Of a stretch of DNA of 64,000 nucleotides, positions 26,674-38,860 are shown piece by piece (position 1 is the first letter of the stretch; each line of letters opens with the position of its first letter). The stretch spans positions 1 to 64,000 of the forward strand of contig KZ537974.1 in NCBI GenBank assembly GCA_000934665.2, written 5' to 3'. Under the pieces are notes generated by a model. The model ran no database searches. It was not told the origin of the DNA and was given only the letters and a program-made list of their open reading frames with translations. The stretch is from Catajapyx aquilonaris (Eukaryota). The translations under genes were made by a program, and so were the position numbers.

Positions 26674-29600
26674 TATAGCTGAGTTTATGGGGCAGTACGC
26701 CCTCCAGCAGAGAAACGAGCTTCCATTTCTGGCCCTGAAATTAGTTTATTAATGGATGGAATTAGCTGAGAGTCTCAGGTTTCCACCTCCTTCTTAGCCA
26801 TCCAGGATGTTTTCAGGGCTGCTGAACGGTCCCATTAAAGCCCTCGGATTATTGCTGTTAAATACTTGCCACCCTGAGTTATCGATAGGAGAGTTACTAC
26901 TTTTTTCTCTCCTCTACCCCCACTTCCCTCGATTCGATCGCGTGTTAACAGCCTCGTAAAAGCAGCCATCGGGTCATTTGATCCCGCAATCGATGCCTGC
27001 GGAAACTAGGAGTAGTTAGTGAAAATTATCCTAGCTGGTGATTTTTCTGGGATTGTGGTTTAGACGATTACCGAACTTTCGATCCGTGGGAAATAGCGTT
27101 CTTAAGTGAATGGGAAGACACCGCGTTCTACACTCCAAATGACATGGCATTGCCGCTCGAGTTATGCCGTAACGACCCCTCCGGAGTTTATAGGAACCGC
27201 CCCAAAACTTGTCGCGTCCACCGAATATTAATCGGCGTTACCGAACTTTTCCATGCTTCTACGCACAACTATATGGGAAAAAAGGGCATATGTTCGTCCG
27301 ATGCTCCCTAGAGTTCGCTTAATAAAATGCTAAACTATCTCGGAGCGCTTGATAGTCCTTTTCCCCTAAGAGGTATTTTTTTTTCTTTTCTCCCCCCTCG
27401 TCTGCTTCTTAAAGATAAGTGCGTGAGGTAAATTCGGGTCTTGTTGCCTTCCAAGCCGAGAAGGGAGGAGTTTTTTGCATACAATTTGCATCTGGGGCCC
27501 AGGATTAAATGTACGGCACAAGTTCGCGACAAGCGCAGAAACCGCGGGGACTTTGTACCCGGACAATTTATTTCCGGGAAGATAAAATCAGCATGAACTG
27601 CATCCAAGTGCAAGCGACCCATGTACTTAAAGGGTGGGGTTTTGGGCGATTCTATATGTACAGTACATGCCAAATTGCGTTTTATCATTACGCCAGACAC
27701 ACTATCTCACTTACTGGAAAAAGGTCATCCCTTAGACCGCAAGCTTCTCTTTAAGTGGTGGACCCCGTCTGCAAGGCCCAGCACTTTTCCTGTGGCTTGA
27801 AGAGAGTGAAGAAGGCGATTCTGTTAATGGAAGAGGGTCCAAGTTCGACCGATTCTCGATTCTGTAGCTTTGTTATCCGGAGCGGAAAGGAATGGGTTCG
27901 CTCAGGAACCGACGTCGTAATTTTTACCCAACGAAAGCTGTTACACTGGAACAAATAGTGGAGTTAGAGCCAACCTGTGTATTTATCCAGCCACCTTCGC
28001 GCAGAGTAATCAGTTATACTCCTTACGTGTTACTTGACTCATCATGCCAGCAATACTCGGCGGGTTTGTTTCCGAGAGATATGCAGCTGGCAAGTCAATA
28101 ATGAAACGCTCCTTCCCGTGCACACCCGGATCATGCAACTGTAATGAAGCCCTGCATGCAGATATGGGTCAGGTTATTAAGTAGGTGATAAGAGTCGCCC
28201 TTTCCTTGGGGGTGGGCCAATCCGTCAGGTAGATCCAGAGATATGACGCGTGTCTGCCCCGCTATTCCGTGGGTGATGACATGAGGGTCATGAGGGGCCA
28301 TGAGAGGAGGTCGTCCGTCTTAATTCTCCGGAGGGCAATGTGGTGTGAGAGGCCATCGGGAGCTGATCGGAAGCTGATGGGAAGCCTCATCTTCCGGCTC
28401 TTCGCCTAATCACGTTCGCTTATTGGGGATTTCATGGCACTGTTCCACCTCCCCGAACTTCCCACATTGATGACCTCCACCAAAAGAGACCGTTCAATCT
28501 TTGGGAATGACTCTCGTTACCTTCCCAAACTGACACTCAAAACTGTATTTTAAATCGAGGTCAGTTAATATGCGAATGTTGCAACCACCGTATATAAGTA
28601 GGGACAGGTTGGTGCACATATCGAAAGTAATGCTTCGACGTCCATCACAAAGAGTATGACGATTTACTATATGTTCTTGGGAAGAACGCTGTACACTGCT
28701 TGGGTGGATCCATGCTGTATTGGCAAAAAATGGACAATGCACTCTATATACCGATAGACAGCGTGCCAAGAAAAGTATCGGATGATTTTTAACACCATAA
28801 CCTTCTGGGAGTATACATCAATATCAATACCAACCGACACGTTAACGGACACTGTAAGCTGCGTTTTGTTTTTTTTTTGCCATCACAGGTCGCTATAGGA
28901 GTGACGGATTTTCTGGGTTGTTAATCCTCTTCCCCAGCCTGTCCACACTGTCTACCATCATTTTCTATAATTGACTAGCGTGGGGTTTTTCAGATAAAAC
29001 ATTGCGGTGATGTATAAGCCATCCCGAGGGGTGGTACGGCCAGGATACAGCTCTAGGGTTGTGGGCAATGCAGCAGCGGGGGGTACAATGAACTGGAGGG
29101 TTTTGGAGTGGGTGGGGGTCCGAATATTACCGCGACAAGTTGACGTTATATCCCAGAGGCGAACACCGGCAGCGGAATCGGCAACTATCCGTAACGATTC
29201 AATTAAAATTTTTTAGGACGCCGCGGTTAGTGCGGACATAAGTCTGTTATGAAACAAGCCCCGGCGCTGGAAATTTAACGACTAATAATTCATTAACCCG
29301 GGGTGCAGCTTGAATCCGAGCGGAAGTAAATTAGTCTTTCCGTTTATTGTGGCTCATGCAAGCCTGAGTCCCCAGGATCAAGAGGGGAAGGTATATATAG
29401 TATAGCAAAGTGCAGGCTGAGCCTGGCAAGTTTTAGTGGCGTAGTTAATTGTAGTGGTAGTTACGTGCAATGCAAACTATAATTATTACCTATAGCGTTT
29501 CAGCTGGACGTTCAGATGAATCTGCGAATATCACTGTAATGATCATGGAAGGGTTGAGGAAAGTGTGGAGACTAAAAAACGAGCCCCGTCAGCCAAGCAG

Positions 29601-32600
29601 AAATGGGCTGCAGCAGATGGCCATCAAGATGTCTCTTTGAGTACATGCACCTGTTCTCCAGTGGTCAGTCCCTGAGCCCTGTGGGGGCTAGATCTCATCT
29701 CGGATTACTAATTGTACTGGGGAACGTCTGCGCAGGTCCTGCTATCATAATTGCGGTGTAAGACGGATTCTATGCAGCCGCGGCAGGAAGGAAGGGATGA
29801 ATCTGCGATTGTAATCGGGTTTTTGCCAAGAGTGCATATATAGGTTGCTTTGCAATGGAAATTTTTCGGGCTGGAAGGCAGAAGAAGGGGGGGAAAAACA
29901 ACTGACTTGAGTTATATTGGGAGGATATTTGGGAAATTTAGGGAGCTGGTTGCCACAAGGCATTTTCTTCCGTAAGAGCGGGCACGTCACGTGACATATT
30001 CGGAAAATGAAAATCCTATCTTATTATGGGATATGACAGTGCGTGGTGGTGCGTCGCAGAAAGTTTTCCGTTACATCCGGCCTCAATCTTGAAAGTGTGC
30101 TGTGTATACGGCCCTATACATATAGTCCTTAAAATTTGATTATGTTCTTTCCTGCTCACTAACGTCATTTGATGAACAAAAACAAATAATAGCCACTGAG
30201 GACGGAAACTGCAGGTATATGGCCGAATTGTTGGTTTGACTGTGTATAGAAGGCTCCCGTAATATGCTGCTTAAGCCTAGGAAAGTGCATTGCAATATTA
30301 ATATACCAAATTATTAACTGAGGCTTAGGCTCCGTGTTTAGCTCATAACTTAGCCTATACCAGAATGTTTACTTAGTTAATGAGTTACTCTTTGCAGTGT
30401 TTTCAGTACGGCTGAATAATGCAAGGAAAAAAAAATCTATGAAATATTTCCATTCTTACAACAAAAAGTTCACAGGTCTATATTCACCTTTGGTAGTGCC
30501 GAATGCATAAATGTACCCTATACAAGTTGGCGAGAGAAAGTATTTCTTTAAATGCGAGTCCCAGTATCTTTTGATATTCCTTAGCGAATCCCATTAGACT
30601 TGAAAGAGGTTTGAAGAGCTGGAAAGTGTTCCCGGGAAGAAGTCGTGATTGATGTCGGAGATTAGTGCCTTTTCTCTACGCAGCTTTTCTATTGACTCTG
30701 CGCCTCCGCCGATATCTCCTGCAGAAGGAATCAGGCAAGTGGGGAGGAGGGGGGAGGAGGGGACGTGACCCGAAAGTTTTGCATATCTTTGGGTACATTG
30801 ATGGTCTTCCGGGTCGCGTCTGGCTGGAGGCTATTGATGTGTGAGGTAGGCCCAGGAAATCCGGGGGGGATAGTCCTTTGCGACGAATATTAAATAGCGG
30901 CTCGCTCTTGTGCTGCGGGCGGGATTATTATATTGGTAAAGGAGGGGGACAAGTGGTGAGATGAATCGTTTTTCACCTGACTGTTCCACAAAGGGCGCTG
31001 GATGGAAAATGGGACCGGGGGGTGGGGTGGGGGGGAAATGTATATAAGGAAGGATCTTTCCCCACCAAAGATGTTATTGGATCCCTTTTTGTTCGCCCAT
31101 CTCACAAGCCTTGACTCGAGTATCTGGCCGTCCTTTAGCCCGTCTTATTAAAAATGGAGGAAAAAAAAGCGTCGTGTCGCGATATTGAAATTTCGATCTT
31201 TGCTCTGTAATCTGAGGGGAGAAATTAGTTCAGGCGACTGCTGGAATTGGAAGGTGAATTTTTGATGGTGAGGCGGCATGCAATTAATGTGCCGAGCAAT
31301 ATATTCTCTTTCTGCAACTCACACACTCTTCTTTGATGCTTGCGTGACTCGACGTCTCATAATTCATTGGTGCAATTCCGGATGGTGTGGGCTCTCTCAG
31401 ACAAGACGGATCTAGTTCGGTCTATGTGGTGTAAATACACGGAGGGGGTGGGGGTGGGGGGCAAATCCGGCTGAAAATTCGCGATGAATAATTAAAACTG
31501 ATGAATAAGAGCTCGGGATGCGCAATTTGGGTCTGAGTCATGAGCGTTCATCATACTCCGCGAGGGGCTGCTGCTACGACAAAGTGTAGCGGAGATAGGC
31601 ACTTAATTTATTTGGGGGATGGTTGTGGCTAGGACGGAGAAAAAAGACCGGTTTCTAGCTGAGGTCATGAATATTGGCCTATGTTGCTGGGTGGTGCAAA
31701 AGCAAATAGAGGGCTAAGAGAGAAGCGGTTACCCTAGTATTCGTCTCAATAAAATAGCAATATTTTATTAATAGTTTAATTTGCTACTCCTATATGGACT
31801 AATATAAACGAATAAAAATGGAACTATTTCCTCCAACTTTGGTTCTAAATAAGGTTTACAGTACTCGTGACACAAAAATGGTGTCCCTTGACATTGCGGG
31901 GTCTTTGAATAAGGCTCTTTCATGGTCTGGCAAAAGGCCTTGACGTGCGGGGGGATGTCCGCAAAAGTGGCCTTTGATAAGAAAGGGGGGTTGGTGAGTG
32001 ACCGTCGGTCAAATGGGCTGCACCAAAGGCTTAAGGTTGCTGCCATCAGAAGCAACTTTGGGATAGCGTCTGTCGTGCGGGTAAAATAGGGCCCGGGCTG
32101 GCCTCGCCTTTAGAAAACGCAATTAAGTCTTTGACGAGCGGCTCCCTAAACTCTGAGGACGTGACGTGCGAACTTAAAACCGACAAAAGTGGTCAATCCG
32201 ACCGTAATGGCAAATCCGGAATTTCAATTAGGGCGCGACACATTAACAAATTGGGGCGTCGCCTCCAGACTCAGCTTCATGTATGCGGATGGGACGACAT
32301 CAAGTAAATAACCGACGCATCTTTTTATAGGCTTTAGCCACCAAATATAGTAGACCGGATGTTTATACTGTGTAAATGCTCCCAATATGTTGATTGTACT
32401 GTCGCAATTTTCCGCATTGTTTTTCGAAGAAATTGCACGATATCGATTTCACCGAACAAATAGCAATGAGAATCCTACGATTCAATATCCGTGCCTTTCC
32501 TGCAAATGAATGGCTTAGGACCCAAACCTGGGGGAGCCTTAAAGCATTGCAACCGAGGCCTTAAAAACGTTATTGGAAGCGCAAGTCCCCGACGAAACGA

Positions 32601-35600
32601 AACCAATTTTCAATATAGCCTCGGAATCGGTTTGTGCACAAGGACGGGAAAGGCAAAGACTGTGGGACCCGAGTGGTGATGAACGGATCAGATAAGGTGC
32701 TACTTATGCACAGAGTGAGTGCAAGAATTGTAATGTCGTGGAAAAGTGCGAAGGCCAACCTTTTGGTGTTATTTCGATTAGCATTCTAATGAGGTCGGAA
32801 GGCGGAGAAAGTGGCTACTATTTTGCATTTTCCGAGGGGGTAATCTAATCAAGGGGAGATAGCGGCAATTAGAGAGGAGATCCTAAGGGCATCCGGTCTC
32901 TTTTTTGGCGCCTTATTCGCCGAAGCTCTTAAGGGATACATGAAGCTGGTCACGTTCGAGTTCTCACTCGGTCGAATCGGTCCTTTCCAGACCATCGCAT
33001 AAGAGTAATGTCGGCTGTTTGAGGTTGCCAGGGGCCATCGAGTGCCCAGGACTAACTGTACACTTTTCCACTTTAGCTCACCCGTCATGTCATTAGCTTT
33101 TTTAACAATCGCAATTTTTCTGCGAGTACTACTATATGAAGGTGTGCGACCACGACGATACACATTGCGATTAGACTTGCAGTGTGGGCGACTCCAGTAC
33201 TGAATGAAGGAGGAAGGCTTTTCAGCTGGCCCATGCAGCCGCCTCCAAAAGCCACTTGAAATACAGGATATCGAACGGGCGCCTGTCACGCCGACCCTCC
33301 AAGATAAGGGGCCAGAATTTAGTGGGGTTCATGCCGGTGATCTGGAGCTATTCGAAAGGTGCTTTGGAGAGGATGTCATGAACACCGAATAGCCGGGCGG
33401 CCAACTCCCAGGCCAAGGAGGCAGCCAATCGAATCTGCTCTCTGTAGGACCTTCACTATAGATGTTGCCACAAGCGTAAGATGCAAAAGAAAATTTTCTT
33501 CGCTGGCCATTAATAAGGTTTTGTTGCCGTGCTCAAGTTGGTGTATTTGGATGCGAACGGGTTTTGATTACTTCTTACGGGCGAAGAAACGACGAGATCG
33601 ATTTTTTTGATTGGTTACTGAAATGGAAAGTTATCCGGGTTGCTTGGAGTCGGAAGGAAACCGTTAAGTCCCAAATTGTTGACTGGGAGAGAATTTTTTC
33701 TCCTCCCCCGTCTTTCTTCTCAGGCTCCTCCCGGAAGGAAAGAAATCCCTTTCAGAAACTCAATCTTCTTTGCGGGCGGCTTTCTGGAGGAAATAAACTC
33801 GTAAAGCCTTAATGAAAGCCTACGGTGGCTCTGTTAACGCCTGCTGCCCAACGCGCCTTTTCTCCATAAGTCGCTGCCAAATCCCTCTTCGTTAGGGAAA
33901 ATCCGCTCTTCTCCACCTTTTTCTTCTCCGCTTCAACGCACTCATTCTGCCAGAACTATTTGCTAAGACTCGAATGACGAATCGCTTGTCAGCACAGCTC
34001 TAACCAAGATGGGAAGATCAGCCCACATTCCAGTACATGCATCTTTTGCCTGCTTGGTGGCGCGCAGGTGGCTCAATGCAATCCGCATATACTGCTGAAC
34101 TGCCACGGAAGGATGGGAATGTGTCTGTAACTGACCATATTACGAATTTGTGGAATTTTAGGACTTTTCTAGCTATTTGTGTCATCTCAGCTGTCAGTGT
34201 ACCAAGTTTCAGCTTTCTCAATAGTCTAGTAGTGGATTAGATAGCCCGGATATGCACACAAATTGCCTGTTTTATATATAGATTGGCCCAAAACAAGTTT
34301 GGGAATGTTTGAACCCTTATCATCTTGGCGTTCAAAAAATTGCTTCCTTACATTAAAAAAAAATCTTTTAGCAACAATGCTCTTTCGTGCTGGAGTCCAG
34401 ATCGGAAGTCGCGCTAATCGCCCGGATGATTACCGCGCAGATAAACGAAATGCGTTGGGTTCGTTCTAATGGCCAACCGACACGCGTTATTCGCGCGAAT
34501 GGAGCTATCCATCCAGAGGCTGGGCCATTTCCAAATCGCGGCAAAGAAAAGCGCAGAAGAATGGGTGGGGGCGGGGATTGTTGGAGGGGAGAGGAAATAG
34601 ATTTTCCAGGCCCCTACCGAGACCATCTCCCCCCGACTGATCCGGCTACGCGAAAATGTATGAAGCAGATCGCTTTCCGCATTCAGATGGCCGCCGGGGT
34701 GCCCTCCTTTTTTTCTTCTTCCTCCACCGTCTCAGATGACGTCGTTGTGAATATGTTAATGAATAACTTCTTTTCGATTTGAGACGGGTGGAGGGGAAAT
34801 GTATGGCGTGAACTGTAACAGATGTCCAGACACCCGGTGTTTCGTGTGCTGCATACTGCAACCATAATATACTGTAGTAATAGTATAACTGAATGCAGCT
34901 GAGGGGTAAAAACGTGTTTAAAATACTGCACTCAATTTTGGTGGGTATAATTGCTACAGCAGTGAAAGCCTCAGCTGTCGAGTATGGGTGAATCTGAGTG
35001 TGTCAATTGCAAAAAAATTGCTATTATCGTTTCCTGTCGGCCACTTCATTTTGAATATTACACGGAGGAATTGTTTCCACTAGTAATCATTGTTTTAAAA
35101 CAACAAGCGGTATGCCTTGCTGTATGAACTAGTGAATTTCACTGGAAAAATGACACACTTCATGCAAAAATATGTATGATTTATTTAATATGCACTCATT
35201 TCCTAATGCTATTTTTAAACCGGGCTTTCATTTACATGTAATTTGTTTTACCTATCTCATAATACACTGCCTAGGCCCTAGGCGGACGGAACACATGAAA
35301 CTTGTGATAAAACGAGCCTTAGAGCTTTATTGGATTAATGCTGTGCAGAAAGGTATTCGTCACTTTTTGCCCAGACTACTGTAGGTACAGTACAGAGCAA
35401 ACATGAATATGCTGATATCCGAGAGAGGAGAGATGCCCAAAAATCATGCTTTCAAAGGACAGCCCAAGGAAGTGCGTTAAATTTTTAAAACCTTTTAACA
35501 ACGCGCATGGATGCCCGAGAGCTTCAGCCCTCCCTGAATAGATATAATAATTATACCATCCTAACCCGATGCTATATAGCCGTCCATTACGATCCTCGCA

Positions 35601-38519
35601 CTGCAACATTAATAATTGCTCGGTTATTATGGCCGCAACATTGGAAATTACATGATAAAGCTTTGTGCAATGAACCTGTTTCATAAGGCCTAGGGGAAGG
35701 CTTGGAGGGTCAGGGATATATAAAAAAAAGGTAAAAAAGTCCAGGCAGGTAGAGGGGTAGGCAACTAGGCAATGCATGGGGTCCAAGTAGTGTAGCGGAG
35801 GCGACGGGGCAAAGGGAGCAGGCGCCGGCCGCTTTTCGGGGGGATTGCCGGAGTGAAGCTGGGCCCTCTCTGGGCCCGCCTCACTTGGTAGTGGGGGCAC
35901 GTGAAGGCACGAGGGCACTGGGGGACTCAACCCCCAACACCGCAACAAGAGATCGACAGATAGAGAGAGAAAAAATTGAATTGAAAACATATCTACACAC
36001 ATGGCCACTGACACAGTGATGGTGCGTAGTGACAGTGTGGTGGTGAGAAAGTGAAAAGTGGAGTGCAGTGCCCTCTTGTGCTGTGTGCTAGACAACAACT
36101 GTGATTGGTGATTGGTCCGGCCTTGGCGGACTGCAAGAGTTCACATGGCTGCCAATGTCATCCTCCCTATTCTGATTCCGCTCTCGGGGAATTTCGATAA
36201 TGGTAAAGTGTAGCGTTTTATTCAGGTTCGTGTGTAGAAATTAAGCCGACCTACCCTTGGATGCTCTGGTGTGGTGCGGTGAGGCGTCAGATGTGCGGAG
36301 TGGTTTCGATGCTCGTCTGTGCATAGCTTATGGGGAATATTATTTACGTTATCCTGAGTACGGTGTGGTTGGAAAGGCTGGTGGATGGTATTATCCTGTT
36401 GCGTGGTATAGAGTGTTGCAATCTCGAAATATGCCAGCAGATTTTATTGCAATTTAAACAAATTTTAAACGTGGTTATACAGGGCCCTGCAGCGGCCACT
36501 TTTACCACAGAAAGTTGAGAGGGCACTTACCATAGGCGCATTAGTTAAAACATTTTGGTGTGTTCACAGCTGCCCGCAGTTCAGTTTTCCCAAACGCACT
36601 CAGCAATTAATGTGGGAGAGCATGCGGTAGAACCCTCCATATTTGAAAATTTTTGTCATAGTGTTGAGCTCCTTTGAACTGCTTTGTTAATTAGGCAAAA
36701 ATGGTGTCAACGTTTTTACTGTACCAAATTAATGCTAATATGATAAATACATCGATGCAGTTTTGGCGACATGATGTTGGACTCCTGTCAAAACTCGAGC
36801 CTCCCGGAATCGATTTCTAGGCAACCAACAGCGCTCCGCTCATGCATTGGTTACATCCTATCTGTAGAGACCTTTTCCAGCAACACACACGTGCACATAG
36901 ATATTGCAAGCAGCTTCTATTTGCACAAAGTTGGATAAAAAAACCTCTGCAACTGGGTAGTAATTAAACGACCGGTAATGGCCTTGATGTGAATGCGGGC
37001 TAATTTAATGCATCATAGTGGAAGAAAAGATTGGTTATGGTGTAATTAAACTGCAAGCTATAGCCCGGTGCATCTGGACATACATTTATATTCTAGTTAT
37101 ATGACATAATGTTCTACTGTAATATATTTTTGGGGTATATTTTTGTACAATTACAATGGGGAGCCACGTGGATAAGCAGACCTCTTTAGGAAACGTCGAA
37201 CCCCCGCAGGCACGGGTAAACACATGGTGACCGCCTTGATTAGTACTCCTCCGTCTGGCATGCCGATTTGCATTTCATTTGCGGTTAGTGGGCAGAACAA
37301 AAGCAAGACAGGGCCCTCAATTCAATGGTTTCCAATATCAGGAAGCGGGGATCCCATGAGGCTTGCTTGGTGGCTGAAGCTGCACTGCGGAAGCTTAGCC
37401 TCAGAACTCTTTCTTCTTAAAACAGAATTACCTTCTCCGGGGATAGCCCACTCGCGTATTATGGAGATTGCTCCTTCCACCCCACCAATCTACAGTAGCT
37501 TATACCCAGGGCTTTATCTGGACCCGGAATGGTCACGTACTCGCTGCAGGTGACTAAAAACCCAAGTACGTGATAAGGTCAAGGGACCCAACCCAGTCTG
37601 AGGCTAGTTTTTTTTTTGGCAGATGGCGATGTTTGTAGGAGTTTTTGCTGAAATAAATTGGTGTCATTGCAGGCATGGCTATTGTTTGCATTGGAGAAAT
37701 ACTGCCAGTGACGTACAGTATATTTTCAGATTGTAGGCGCCACTTTTTCGATAAAAAAATCCTGCTTATTTTTCCGACGGGAAGCCGTAAGAACAGCAGG
37801 CTGTAATTCGCGCATAAGTGAGCATTGGAGGAAGTGTGGGTCGTAAGGGCCGTAGATCAATGCGTGTGTTAGTATCGCCTCCGATTCCAATAAACGGAGG
37901 ACTTTGCTGGACCTGACGCTGCAGTTGCCGCCGTAAATGTGCAGGCGGCTCATTCAGCAGGACAGTAGTGAGCAAGCGCGTAGGAGGCACACTATACCCA
38001 GGCTTGCCCGGTAAATGAATTTTCTTCCGACCAAACCTTCCCCTTTTTCTACCCCCTTTTTGCCGAATTTCCGTGGCACGGAGCCCGGATACTGCTTGGA
38101 AAGCCATCTCGGGATAATTGCGGGCTGGGACCAGCTCATTCTGTGACCTCCGAGTTGGACGCCTACTGCTCTGGGTGACAGGATGGCTGGAAATCACCTG
38201 CGTGGACAATATTCAGTGTCATAAACAACACACCAATTAATATTTGTTTGTTGCGTGTTGGTGCAATATTCATGACCCTGTATGCCTTTGTTGCGCTGGA
38301 AATTCAGGCTGAAATCATCTGCATTAAAATATGGACGGTCCATCCTCCACTCTCAGATGATTTTAATTTTTGGTGGCATTTAAAATAATTGTAAATGTTA
38401 TTATGTGGACTGTGGATAAATCTTTTATGCTGTTTACGTCAAAACAAACCTGTAGCATGTACAGTATGTCTGAAATAATATTTGCACCAGTCGTGCGATG
38501 TAATTGGTTTGGTGAATGA

Positions 38520-38860
38520 AATATTTGGTAAACAGGAGCTTTTTGAAGCGGTTGAGAAGTATAAAATAAATATTAGTGTACATAATAAATTATGCAAATC
38601 ATACATTTTTCAGTACATTATAACATTGTTAACTATAAATATCCTATTAAATTATTGATTACTTTCGTTGTTCTCTGAATATGTAAAATTGGTAACTTAA
38701 ACTGCACCATTGCATAGGTGTATGTAGACTATGTTTTAAAACATATCCTACTGTATATTATATACATATACAGCATATGTATATGGTTCGGTTTATCCGG
38801 CGGGTTTCACTTACAGAGCTTATTTGGAACCGATTACCGCGGATACCCGAGGACCGACTG
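38520..38860. mobile_element. Degenerate pogo/Tigger-like non-autonomous DNA transposon fragment (right terminus at 38860; left boundary approximate)
   Basis: AT-rich body ending in GGTTCGGTTTATCCGGCGGGTTTC...TTGGAACCGATTACCGCGGATACCCGAGGACCGACTG. From recall, this resembles the termini of pogo/Tigger-derived elements (MER2/MER44-type ...CCGCGGATA..GAGG.CCGACTG); not database-verified. Confidence 0.5.

Noticed and set aside
29986..29995. Perfect palindrome GTCACGTGAC (USF/Mitf-type E-box)
   Set aside because: Single motif without supporting context.
35376..36098. Longest ORF (240 aa, minus strand)
   Set aside because: Non-ATG start, no recognisable domain, composition tracks local low-complexity DNA; a length expected occasionally by chance.
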